Part shown: in pieces, positions 1 to 9,104 of the stretch
How the letters are laid out: each line of letters begins with the position of its first letter
Numbering within the stretch: the first letter of the stretch is position 1
Source: Bacteroidota bacterium
GTDB taxonomy: Bacteria > Bacteroidota > Ignavibacteria > UBA10030
Assembly: GCA_035291905.1 (NCBI GenBank)
Contig: DATDRF010000255.1
Coordinates: 1 to 54,885 of the forward strand
DNA length: 54,885 nt
Reading direction: 5' to 3'
The notes under the pieces: generated by a model
The model's database searches: none
What the model was told of the DNA's origin: nothing
Seen by the model: only the letters and a program-made list of their open reading frames with translations
Made by a program: the position numbers and the translations under genes

Positions 1-2
1 AT

Positions 3-2735
3 GGCCTCGACCGGACCAAGACCCTCGTATTCGAGGGGTCCGAGCCGATCGGTCTGGAAGTGCAGAAGACCGTTTGGGGTTACAAGCGGACGGATGCTCT
101 TGGCAACGTGTATTTCACACGTTACCGTTTGATCAACAAGGGTGGCATAGACATCGGCGGAGGCACGAAAGGGACATTCTATCTTGACAGTATGTTCCTG
201 TGCGAGTGGTCTGATATCGACCTTGGCAATGCCGGTGACGACCTTGTCGGTTCGGACAGCGTGTTGAGCATGGGTTATGTGTTCAACGGAAATGCGACGG
301 ACCTCTCGTATCAACGGTTTAACCTCCCGCCACCTTCTTCCGGTTATGACTTCCTCGGAGGCCCGACGGTCAGTGCGCCGGGTGATTCAGCCATTTTTAA
401 CTTCAAGAGGGTCTATGGGAAGAAGAATCAGGCGATGTCCTCCTTTGCCTTCTTCTCGGCAGGAAGTCCGTTCTCCGATCCGCCGTTCGGAGATTACGAT
501 CGCGGATCAGGCCGTTGGTGGGCAATGCTTCGCGGATTTGCGCCTGTAGGAACGATGCAGGATGCTCCGACACCGTATCCGCATCCGCCCGGTATGGCAA
601 TTTCCAGGTTCCCGTATTCAGGGAACCCGTCTTTGCCCGAAGGGACACCGCCGGATAACTTCATCGATGGTCTGGGAACAACGTATTCGTTTTCTCCCGG
701 AGACCGTCGTATCCTCGTGAATACCGGTCCTTTCCAAATGGCCCCGAACGACACGCAGGACATTTACATGGGCTTTGTGGTCGGAATTGGCGGCGATCGC
801 CTTTCCAGTGTTGCGGTGATGAAAGCCTATGACCTGGCATGTCAGGAGACCTTTAATCTGGTCTTCAAAGTAGCAAAACCACCGAAGAATCCGACTGTGA
901 AGGTGACGGAGCTTGACGGTGAGATCCTCCTTGACTGGAGCTATGACCAGGCAACGATCAAGGATACAGAAGTCAGGGTGGTCCAGCCCGGTGCTTACAC
1001 ATTTGAAGGATACAACCTTTATCAGTTCCCCTCGGTCGGCGCCGACGTTTCGGCAGCGGTTCGAATCGCGACCTACGACGTGGTGAACAACGTGAAGACG
1101 GTCAGCGACCTGGTCTTCGACCCTCTCGTCGGTCAGTTTGTGTTGAAACCGGTCCAGTTTGGCAATGATAACGGCGTGAGCCGCTTCGTGAGCATCAAGA
1201 ACGACTTCGTTCGTGACATTCCGAAGATGTACAACGGACAGGAATACTACTTTGCCGTTACGGCCTACTCACGTGCAACCTTGACCGGTTACACGGCGGC
1301 CTTGGAATCTGCCCCGAACATTATCACTGTTCGGCCGAAGGTTCCGTTCGGCAAAGAGCTGGTCTCGGCGACAGGAGACACTGTAACTGTGGCGAGGACC
1401 GGCGGCGCGAGCGATGGTAGCGTTCAGGCTTTCATTGCGGATCCCCTTGCAATTACTGGCGATACGTACGAAGTGCGATTTACGGCCAGTCAAAAGTGGG
1501 GTGTATTCAATGTGACCAAGAACACCTGGGCAGTTGACACATCGCTCACCAACCAGAGCGGTGATGCCAATTACCCTGTGATCGATGGAATGACGATTAA
1601 AGCTGTTGGACCCCCGAATGACGTGAAGGACTTCCAGCACACCGCAGGTCCGAGCGGCGCCATCAGTCCGGCGACTTATGCTGCTTATGCATTCAATTCG
1701 AGCGGCTTCCCGACGCCGACCGGTGCAGACCGTCCTGCAGCAGACTGGGGCGGTGGTCAATGGGGCGTCCATACCAATCCCAGTGCATCCGACATTAGCT
1801 TCACGTATTTCAAGAGCCGGATGTTCCGCGGGTCCAACTTCAGTCGGTTCATACCGTACGACTTCGAGATGCGGTTTACGGCAGGTCCTAACAGAGGCAT
1901 CCTGTACTATACGAACGACAAATTCGTCGACATTCCGTTTGAGTTGTGGAACATCGGCATCGGCACGCCAACCAACACAGCGGATGACTACCGGATGATC
2001 CCCTGGATTCTCGATGAGGACGGTGATGATGCTTGGGGCCTTTCGGGCGCAGACCATTCCATCTCCGGTGGAGACAACGATCCATACACAGACTGGATCT
2101 ATTGGATGGATGCAAATCCTAAGACTCCCGGGCAGTCAGCGTATGATGCATTTGCCGCGGATTCGGCGAACTATGCCACTGGCGGTTACGTTACCGGAAC
2201 GGGCGGTGAAGTGATGGCTCGTTTTGTGCTGGTGACGTTCAATTCAGGCAGTGTGGCTGATGTGACCTTCCCGGCGAACGTGGTAGGCGGAACACAGCCT
2301 GCAACGGGCAACGTCATCCGTATTATTTCAACAAAACCGAACACTCCGTCGGATCTGTTCAGCATTAACACTGCAGCATATGCTCCGACGGCCAATGCGA
2401 CACTGGCCAAAGCAAGTGCCAACAAGGTCGGTGTATTTCCGAATCCATACTACACGCAGAATGGCGCGGAGGTTGACCGATACGACAAGTTCGTGACCTT
2501 CAACAATTTGCCGCAGAAGGCCACGATCAAGATCTTCAACCTGGCGGGCCATCTCGTGAGGACGCTCGAGAAAGATGATGCATCACAGTTCGTGGCGTGG
2601 GATCTTGTGAACGAGAAGAACTTCCCGGTTGCCAGCGGTATCTACATCTGCCGCGTTGACATGCCGGAGGTCGGCGTCACGAAGATCGTGAAGCTGGCTG
2701 TGATCATGGAGCAGGAAATTCTCGATATCTTCTAA
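3..2735 (+). CDS. large secreted/cell-surface protein with a type IX secretion (T9SS) C-terminal sorting domain; 5'-truncated by the window edge
   Basis: Frame 3 is open from the window edge (no stop upstream of the GTG at 60), so the gene starts outside the window. The last ~90 aa (VGVFPNPYYT...ATIKIFNLAGHLV...ASGIYICRV...VKLAVIM) fit the T9SS CTD pattern. A PorV-like gene follows directly. Confidence 0.75.
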   Translation, partial: GLDRTKTLVFEGSEPIGLEVQKTVWGYKRTDALGNVYFTRYRLINKGGIDIGGGTKGTFYLDSMFLCEWSDIDLGNAGDDLVGSDSVLSMGYVFNGNATDLSYQRFNLPPPSSGYDFLGGPTVSAPGDSAIFNFKRVYGKKNQAMSSFAFFSAGSPFSDPPFGDYDRGSGRWWAMLRGFAPVGTMQDAPTPYPHPPGMAISRFPYSGNPSLPEGTPPDNFIDGLGTTYSFSPGDRRILVNTGPFQMAPNDTQDIYMGFVVGIGGDRLSSVAVMKAYDLACQETFNLVFKVAKPPKNPTVKVTELDGEILLDWSYDQATIKDTEVRVVQPGAYTFEGYNLYQFPSVGADVSAAVRIATYDVVNNVKTVSDLVFDPLVGQFVLKPVQFGNDNGVSRFVSIKNDFVRDIPKMYNGQEYYFAVTAYSRATLTGYTAALESAPNIITVRPKVPFGKELVSATGDTVTVARTGGASDGSVQAFIADPLAITGDTYEVRFTASQKWGVFNVTKNTWAVDTSLTNQSGDANYPVIDGMTIKAVGPPNDVKDFQHTAGPSGAISPATYAAYAFNSSGFPTPTGADRPAADWGGGQWGVHTNPSASDISFTYFKSRMFRGSNFSRFIPYDFEMRFTAGPNRGILYYTNDKFVDIPFELWNIGIGTPTNTADDYRMIPWILDEDGDDAWGLSGADHSISGGDNDPYTDWIYWMDANPKTPGQSAYDAFAADSANYATGGYVTGTGGEVMARFVLVTFNSGSVADVTFPANVVGGTQPATGNVIRIISTKPNTPSDLFSINTAAYAPTANATLAKASANKVGVFPNPYYTQNGAEVDRYDKFVTFNNLPQKATIKIFNLAGHLVRTLEKDDASQFVAWDLVNEKNFPVASGIYICRVDMPEVGVTKIVKLAVIMEQEILDIF

Positions 2736-2783
2736 GTCAAGAGCCCTATGGACAGAAATTTAACCGATCAAGGAGATTCTCCT

Positions 2784-3830
2784 ATGAAAAGCAGGTTTGC
2801 AGTATGGGTGACTGTCTGCTGCTTGGCGCTCTTGGTAGTGTCGAGCGGTGTGATGGCCCAAAATCAAAGGGTGGGGACCACGGCCGCACCGTGGATCCTC
2901 ATTCCCACGGGAGCGCGTGATTTGGCGCTCGGCGGTTCAAGTATTGCCACAACATCGGGACTGGAATCAGTGCACTGGAACCCGGCAGGCGTTGGTCGCC
3001 TGTCGTCCAGCGCGGAAGGCATGTTTTCGAGCCTGACCTATATTGCCGACGTCACCTTGACGTATGCTGGTGTAGCCGGCAGCTTTGGCGAGTTCGGAAA
3101 CATTGCGTTCTCACTGAAATCACTCAATATCGGCGAGATTCCGATCACCACGGGAACCGATCCTGAGGGTCTCGTGGGACGCTCCTTCAGCCCCACCTTT
3201 GTTTCGGTGGGATTGACCTATGCTCGTAGCATCACGGATGCTATTAGTTTCGGCATCACTGCCAAAGTGATCAGCGAAACGATTGACCGTGTCTCGGCCA
3301 GCGCAGCTGCATTCGACGTTGGTATTCAATACCGGTCACTGGTGGGAATTCAGGGCTTCAACTTCGGGCTCGCCATCAAGAACATCGGTACCGAGATGAG
3401 GTACGACGGATCCGGATTGTACCGCTTCGCGCAGACGACCACCGGTGGTTTGCCGGCTCAGTTCTATAAGACCCAGGCAGCGGGTGCGGAACTTCCTGCG
3501 ACGGTCGAGCTGGGATTGAGCTATGAAGGCCGTCCGACCGAGAACATTCAATACGAGGTTGGTGGAACCTATGCCAACGATAACCTCTTCTATGACGAAT
3601 ACCGTCTTGGTGGAGAAATTGGCTACAGTATGCCTTCTTCGCTGAAGCTCTTCGGGCGTTTCGGTTTCCATACACTCGGACAGCAGACGGAAGATGACAT
3701 CTTTGGAGCAAGCTATGGCTTCGGTGTTGGCTACAACTTCACCGGGATTGCCATGACAGTCGACTTTGCACTGCGTTCTGTCGATCTGTTTGATGACAAT
3801 CAGGTCATCTCGATAAAGCTTGGCTTCTAA
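2784..3830 (+). CDS. PorV/PorQ-family outer-membrane beta-barrel protein
   Basis: The ATG at 2784 is preceded by AAGGAG, and a signal peptide follows (MKSRFAVWVTVCCLALLVVSSGVMAQ). The N-terminal block GTTAAPWILIPTGARDLALGGSSIATTSGLESVHWNPAGVG matches the PorV/PorQ signature (...ARxxAMGGA...WNPAG). The rest shows alternating beta-strand character and ends in F. The ORF track starts 36 nt earlier, at 2748. Confidence 0.65.
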   Translation: MKSRFAVWVTVCCLALLVVSSGVMAQNQRVGTTAAPWILIPTGARDLALGGSSIATTSGLESVHWNPAGVGRLSSSAEGMFSSLTYIADVTLTYAGVAGSFGEFGNIAFSLKSLNIGEIPITTGTDPEGLVGRSFSPTFVSVGLTYARSITDAISFGITAKVISETIDRVSASAAAFDVGIQYRSLVGIQGFNFGLAIKNIGTEMRYDGSGLYRFAQTTTGGLPAQFYKTQAAGAELPATVELGLSYEGRPTENIQYEVGGTYANDNLFYDEYRLGGEIGYSMPSSLKLFGRFGFHTLGQQTEDDIFGASYGFGVGYNFTGIAMTVDFALRSVDLFDDNQVISIKLGF

Positions 3831-3969
3831 GCCGCCGCATTAGTAAGAGCTAGTGGAAGGGCTGTCTCGTTCACGCGAGTCAGCCCTTTCTTTTCCCCCC
3901 GGAATCAGCATGCTGCGTGGCAGTTCCCAATCGATTTTCACAATTCATGCCGCAGGAGAAACACGATTC

Positions 3970-6294
3970 ATGAGGTTGACTCTCATTGCACTTGTATTGC
4001 TCATTTGCTTCCCGGTTCAATCCTCTGCAAATGGTCCCGAGGATTACCGAATCGAAGTGTATGCAAGGGGATTGGTTGCTCAAAGCCGCATGACGGTGTT
4101 GTCTCTCGCCCTTCAACCGGGATTCGAGGACTTGGCGGCTCTGTCGTACCTTCGATTCGGCAGGGGGGCAAAGATTGTCAATGCGTTTGTCACAAACGGA
4201 GAATCCGGTGATAACGACCTGATGGTCCAAGGTCCCGGAGAGATCGCTTTTCAAAGAAGGGGAGAGGCCTTCAAGGCCACGGCGGCTCTTTATGGAGTCG
4301 AATATTTCTTCAATTTTCCCGATTTCGGGTCGGCCAGAGATACGGCTTTTGTGAACGAGTATTGGCCACCCGACACCCTCGAAGCAAAGCTTCGCGAACT
4401 CATTGAGGCAATACGCCCGGACCTGATTCTGCTGGCCCCGGACAGACAGGAAGAGGGTACGGAAGCCCCCAGATGGGTCGCTCTTCGCTCTGCGCTGGGA
4501 AAAGCTGTGCGGGCGGCTGCTCAAAAGAAGACTGCAAGCGGATTTGTGCGTCCCCGCTACTGGGAAGTCGGGAGGGTACTCACAGCCTCCTCGAGAGGCT
4601 CTCTCTTATTTCCGCTTGATCGAAAACCGGAATTCGATTCCCGCACGTACCGAACCATCGGTGTCGGGATCGGAACAAGTTACGAGAGCATGAAGAGGAG
4701 CATTCTCCAGCGGCAACAGGGGGCCCTTTCTTATTCGATCGACTCTCCATCAACGGCGAATTCGCCGAAGACTCCCGATGCCGGAATACCAGGACGGCTC
4801 GGCAAGAGTCTCCAGGGCCTGGGAAGGGAAATGGATGGATTATGGAACCAAGTTCTGACAGCTGCGAGAAAGGGCGCTGTTGAGCGCACAAAGCCGGCAA
4901 CGCTGAAACGACTGGTGAGAATAATGGATTCCATCGATGTGAGGCTCTCTGGATGGAATTTCTTTGCGAATCATGACCGTAAGACTCTCCTTCACTGGAA
5001 GGAGGGGCTGGAGGAACTCAGGAATGCTGTTGTTGGAGTCTCTGTCCGATACACCATGAGAGACACGGTGCTGCTGGCGCGCCAACTCACAACCATCAGG
5101 GTCGATTCCGTTATCGGACTTCCTTCGGACGGGATCACGGAAATCTTCTTTCCCGATGTAGGTCCCACCCGGTGGTTTCTCAATGAAGGCACAGAGCCAA
5201 AGGTGCCGCTTGCCGTAGGCTCTGAATACCGCCTCATTTCCCCCGGACAGGTTGATTTGGATCTTCCGGCCTCCTATGGAGGGAGAATGAAGAACAGGCA
5301 TGGATACTCGCTTGAGTTCTTCATACTTCACCAGAAGAAGTCAAGGGTCGAGAGTTTCTTCAAGAAGGTAAGCCAACGGATTCTGTTCGCTCCGAAGCTG
5401 ACTGTCGAGCCGCTCACGCCCATCGTACGTATTGCGCCTCGGGAGCGGCTTGTATGCAAAATCACAAACCACTCCAACGACGGATTGCTTGACAGGCTCA
5501 TGGTGCGGGATTCGCTTGGAACTGCCGATGGCGGGGAATTCAGATTGAACAAGAAGGAGGCATCGGTTGTCGACACTCTCTCCTTGAACTGGAATGAAGC
5601 GATTCCTGTTGGTACATACAGAGTTCCTATTCATATAGGCGAAAGCGTGGTTGGATACTTTGGTGCCCGAAAGTTTGATGTCTCTGTTGACTCCGTCCGG
5701 CCCATCGGGGTGCTTTCTTCCGGAAAGGCAAGTGTCATGGTCCAGACCCTTCGAAGGTTGGGTGTGAACCACAGGATATTGAATCCCGATGGAAGATTCC
5801 TGGGAGATCCCGGCGGCCTCAGGACGATTATCATCGACGAACGGGTCTTGGGACTCGGAGCGGTTGACTCTCTGCATTCTTTTAAGGAATTTGTTGAGCG
5901 AGGCGGGACACTCCTCATCCTTTCGCAGGATGCGGATGTCTGGAACAGGGAACCTCTCATTGAAGGCGTCAACCTCTCAGCAACGGCGTCGCTCGATGCG
6001 CAAACAGACGTGCTGGCTGACACTTTGCACCGCATTTGGCTCGAGCCGAACCGATTGGAGGAGACAGACTGGGAGGAATGGTTGTTCTCTCGCGCCCCGA
6101 ACAAAATCACAATTGGATCCGGGCACAACGTAATGACGCCGCTCATGTTATCCGGGGGAACACAGATTCCGGGAATCGTTGTCGTCCCCCGAGGTGAGGG
6201 TAAGTGGATCTATGTGAACCTGAATCTTGGTAAACAGCTTGAAAATATCCATCCGGGAGCATTTCGATTTCTGGCCAATCTTCTGGCCTATTGA
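3970..6294 (+). CDS. large secreted hypothetical protein with a degenerate PIG-L/LmbE-like N-terminal region
   Basis: Long ORF with coding character. The internal ATG at 3970 gives a signal peptide (MRLTLIALVLLICFPVQSSANG). LSLALQPGFEDLA...FVTNGESGDND resembles the LmbE/PIG-L layout (AHPDDE ... TDGE), but His and Asp are replaced. The C-terminal part (IIIDERVLGLG...GGTLLILSQ) resembles a GATase1/ThuA-like fold. The ORF track start is 3853. Confidence 0.6.
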   Translation: MRLTLIALVLLICFPVQSSANGPEDYRIEVYARGLVAQSRMTVLSLALQPGFEDLAALSYLRFGRGAKIVNAFVTNGESGDNDLMVQGPGEIAFQRRGEAFKATAALYGVEYFFNFPDFGSARDTAFVNEYWPPDTLEAKLRELIEAIRPDLILLAPDRQEEGTEAPRWVALRSALGKAVRAAAQKKTASGFVRPRYWEVGRVLTASSRGSLLFPLDRKPEFDSRTYRTIGVGIGTSYESMKRSILQRQQGALSYSIDSPSTANSPKTPDAGIPGRLGKSLQGLGREMDGLWNQVLTAARKGAVERTKPATLKRLVRIMDSIDVRLSGWNFFANHDRKTLLHWKEGLEELRNAVVGVSVRYTMRDTVLLARQLTTIRVDSVIGLPSDGITEIFFPDVGPTRWFLNEGTEPKVPLAVGSEYRLISPGQVDLDLPASYGGRMKNRHGYSLEFFILHQKKSRVESFFKKVSQRILFAPKLTVEPLTPIVRIAPRERLVCKITNHSNDGLLDRLMVRDSLGTADGGEFRLNKKEASVVDTLSLNWNEAIPVGTYRVPIHIGESVVGYFGARKFDVSVDSVRPIGVLSSGKASVMVQTLRRLGVNHRILNPDGRFLGDPGGLRTIIIDERVLGLGAVDSLHSFKEFVERGGTLLILSQDADVWNREPLIEGVNLSATASLDAQTDVLADTLHRIWLEPNRLEETDWEEWLFSRAPNKITIGSGHNVMTPLMLSGGTQIPGIVVVPRGEGKWIYVNLNLGKQLENIHPGAFRFLANLLAY

Positions 6295-6310
6295 ATAGTA
6301 GAGGACCACG

Positions 6311-7681
6311 ATGAAAAGACTGATGATCTTCTCGCTGATTGTGTTGCTGCCTGCCGGTATTTTGGCGCAGGATCGAATTGTGCCGCGATCCACCCTTGCG
6401 GTCAGCTTTGACCTGGCGCGATTTGGGCATACCGATTCCTCGAGTTATTTCGAATTGTATTTTGCCTGTTTTCCGCCTCTGGTCACCCTTGAACGTAGGA
6501 TCGATGGCTATCAGGGATATCTGGAGATCCAGACCCAAATAAAGAACAAACAGACGGGTGAATATGCACTCCAGAACAGGTCCCTTCTCACCGTGTCCGT
6601 CAAAGACACGATTGATCCGTCGTATCATAACACCCTTGTGACTCAGATGGGATATATCCTGCCAAAGGGTGAGTATGAACTGTATGTCACAGGAATTGAC
6701 ACTTTGGATCAACGGCGCCGCGACTCGTTGGTGATTCCCCTTGTGAGCGGGCCCGATAACGGCTCGGGCGTAGCGATCAGTGATGTGGAGCTGTGCTCGA
6801 AGATCGAGCAATCTGATAACACGACAGGCATGTTCTTCAAGAACGCCCACGAAGTCATTCCCAATCCGACACTCTTGTTCGGTACTGCCAATTATCCGGT
6901 TGTTTTTCACTATGCAGAGTTGTATGGCCTCAATCCTGCGGATACGTACGTGGTCAAGGTCGTACTGGCGGACGCGGGCGGGAGGCCTCTCCAGGAGTAC
7001 ACAAGAAAGAAGAAATACGGCGTTCGGAATGCCGTTGAAGTGGGTACTACGAACGTCGTAAAGCTTTCATCGGGAAAATACCGATATCAGCTCTATGTCC
7101 TGAGCGAATCATCCGAGCCGCTCGCAAGGGTTGAAAAGAACTTCTTCGTGTACAATCCTCAAGTGAAGTCCGCGCAGGTAACCAACGCGCGAATGAAGGA
7201 AACTGAACTAAGCGGATTGACGGGTGAAGAATTGGATCAGGAGTTCGCTTATCTCCGATACCATGCGACGGAGCCCGAGATCAAGCTCTATTCGCAGGTG
7301 ACTTCTGTTGATGGAAAGAGGGAATTCCTGGCGGCATTCTGGACCATTGTCGAACAGGGGAAGATGGGTCGCGATCCCATCACACGGCAAGAGTATTTGA
7401 CCAGGATCAAGAAAGCCAGCGATAGATTCAGAGCCTTCAACAGAGAGGGCTGGCGTACTGACCGTGGAAGGGTCTTCATCCTGTATAACGAACCGGACGA
7501 AATCGAGCGGATGCCAAGCACGGAAAGCGGCAAACCCTACGAAATCTGGCACTTCTATCAAATCGAGAATGGCATCGAATTCGTTTTCGTCGACCGGACC
7601 GGATTCGGGGAGTATCTCATTGTACACTCGACAAAACGGGGCGAACTGAGGGATGATGGGTGGCGGCGATTGTTGCAGTAG
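6311..7681 (+). CDS. GWxTD domain-containing protein
   Basis: Signal peptide MKRLMIFSLIVLLPAGILAQ. The C-terminal block contains GWRTDRGRVFILYNEPDEIE...YEIWHFY, which is the GWxTD motif and its context. Confidence 0.75.
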   Translation: MKRLMIFSLIVLLPAGILAQDRIVPRSTLAVSFDLARFGHTDSSSYFELYFACFPPLVTLERRIDGYQGYLEIQTQIKNKQTGEYALQNRSLLTVSVKDTIDPSYHNTLVTQMGYILPKGEYELYVTGIDTLDQRRRDSLVIPLVSGPDNGSGVAISDVELCSKIEQSDNTTGMFFKNAHEVIPNPTLLFGTANYPVVFHYAELYGLNPADTYVVKVVLADAGGRPLQEYTRKKKYGVRNAVEVGTTNVVKLSSGKYRYQLYVLSESSEPLARVEKNFFVYNPQVKSAQVTNARMKETELSGLTGEELDQEFAYLRYHATEPEIKLYSQVTSVDGKREFLAAFWTIVEQGKMGRDPITRQEYLTRIKKASDRFRAFNREGWRTDRGRVFILYNEPDEIERMPSTESGKPYEIWHFYQIENGIEFVFVDRTGFGEYLIVHSTKRGELRDDGWRRLLQ

Positions 7682-8541
7682 GACTTAGCGCTTTTATCTC
7701 CATACTACCGGGCCCTGCGGGGATCGACACCCTCTTTGCGGAGCAGGGTTTCTTCGGCGTTTTTGGAAATGCCTCGAGGATCAGCATTGATGTCTCGGGG
7801 CAGATTTATGTTCTTGACGGTGATCGTCATACGGTTTCGCGCTTTGGAGACACACGGGCGAAAACGCAAACCATAGGCGGATTCGGTTGGGATGTGACGA
7901 CATTCGATCGTCCGACAGCGGTGGCAACCGACGGGCTGAATGTGTACGTGTCTGACTATGGAAACCACCGTGTCGTTCGGTATGACAGAAATCTGGTATT
8001 CCTTTCCTCTCTGGCAACCCGCGATACCTCATTCGTACCCGCCCAATTCGGTTACCCCCTTGGCCTGGCGCTTTCACGTCAGGGTGATCTGTTTGTTCTC
8101 GACGGGGAAAACCTCAAGATCGTCCAATTTGACAGCCGCTCCGGGTTCGTTCGTTCTTTTGGGACTCTCGAATCACAAGAAGGGAGACTCCACCAACCGA
8201 TCGAGATTGCGGTAACACAGGACGACAGGGTGTTGGTGCTTGAGGCCGACAGGGTCGTTGAGTTTGATTTTACGGGAACATACCTGCGGTCCATCGGCGA
8301 AGGAGTCATCCGCAATTCAGCGGGCTTATGCGCGATGGAAAAAGGATTTCTGGTCGCGGCGAATGACACGCTGCTATGGTTCAATGACGACAGATCCATC
8401 AGAATGAGAATCGCGGCTTCGACGATCATCGCCGAATTTCCTCTCTCTCCGTTACGCGACGTCGCCGTCTGGAAGGACCAGCTTTTTCTTCTGACACCTT
8501 CCCGCATCGGAGTTTTCCGCATGGAGGCGGCTGCGCGCTGA
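7660..8541 (+). CDS. NHL repeat-containing protein (beta-propeller)
   Basis: Repeated NHL-like units are present (VYVSDYGNHRVVRYD, LFVLDGENLKIVQFD, VLVLEADRVVEFD). The GTG start overlaps the end of the upstream gene by 22 nt. Confidence 0.65.
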   Translation: MAAIVAVGLSAFISILPGPAGIDTLFAEQGFFGVFGNASRISIDVSGQIYVLDGDRHTVSRFGDTRAKTQTIGGFGWDVTTFDRPTAVATDGLNVYVSDYGNHRVVRYDRNLVFLSSLATRDTSFVPAQFGYPLGLALSRQGDLFVLDGENLKIVQFDSRSGFVRSFGTLESQEGRLHQPIEIAVTQDDRVLVLEADRVVEFDFTGTYLRSIGEGVIRNSAGLCAMEKGFLVAANDTLLWFNDDRSIRMRIAASTIIAEFPLSPLRDVAVWKDQLFLLTPSRIGVFRMEAAAR

Positions 8542-8551
8542 GGCGATTGTC

Positions 8552-8580
8552 TTGACATTCAAGTCCTTTTAATTTAAATT
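8552..8580 (+). promoter_or_regulatory. sigma70-like promoter candidate for ssb (TTGACA-N17-TAAATT)
   Basis: TTGACA lies at 8552-8557 and TAAATT at 8575-8580, with a 17-nt spacer. The pair sits ~50 nt upstream of the ssb ATG and its AAGGAGG RBS. Confidence 0.4.
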
Positions 8581-8632
8581 TTTCGAGAAGTTTCTGCCCC
8601 CCGCTTTCCATTCTTTAACTTAAGGAGGTTTT

Positions 8633-9049
8633 ATGGCACGCAGCGTCAACAAGGTCATTTTGGTTGGGAATCTGGGCAAGGACCCGGAGCTGCGATATAC
8701 CAACAGCGGCGTGGCAGTGGCAACATTCAGCATCGCCACGAATGAATCCTGGAAAGACCCTGAAGGAAATCTGCAGGAGCGCACACAGTGGCACAACATT
8801 GTGGCCTGGAGGAAATTGGCGGAAATATGCGGCGAATACCTGAAAAAAGGGGGCAAAATATACGCCGAGGGGAGGCTCCAGCATCGCAATTATGATGACA
8901 AGAACGGCGTCAAGCGCTACGTAACCGAAATAGTCCTGGATGAAATGGTGATGCTCGATTCCCGGGGAGGCGCGGCACCGAGCGCGGATACGGGTCCATC
9001 AGCCCAGGAAGAACATCCTGCCGACAAAGCCGACGATCTACCCTTCTGA
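8633..9049 (+). CDS. ssb: single-stranded DNA-binding protein
   Basis: The N-terminus [23 protein letters not shown] is an OB fold. The acidic C-terminal tip ends in DDLPF. An AAGGAGG RBS precedes the start. Confidence 0.95.
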   Translation: MARSVNKVILVGNLGKDPELRYTNSGVAVATFSIATNESWKDPEGNLQERTQWHNIVAWRKLAEICGEYLKKGGKIYAEGRLQHRNYDDKNGVKRYVTEIVLDEMVMLDSRGGAAPSADTGPSAQEEHPADKADDLPF

Positions 9050-9054
9050 ATCAA

Positions 9055-9093
9055 GCCTCAGTCTTCGACTGAAGACTGAGGCCTCCTTTTTCT
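9055..9093 (+). terminator. rho-independent terminator after ssb
   Basis: Perfect 12-bp stem GCCTCAGTCTTC / GAAGACTGAGGC with loop GACT, followed by CTCCTTTTTCTC. Confidence 0.8.
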
Positions 9094-9104
9094 CTCGAGT
9101 AATC

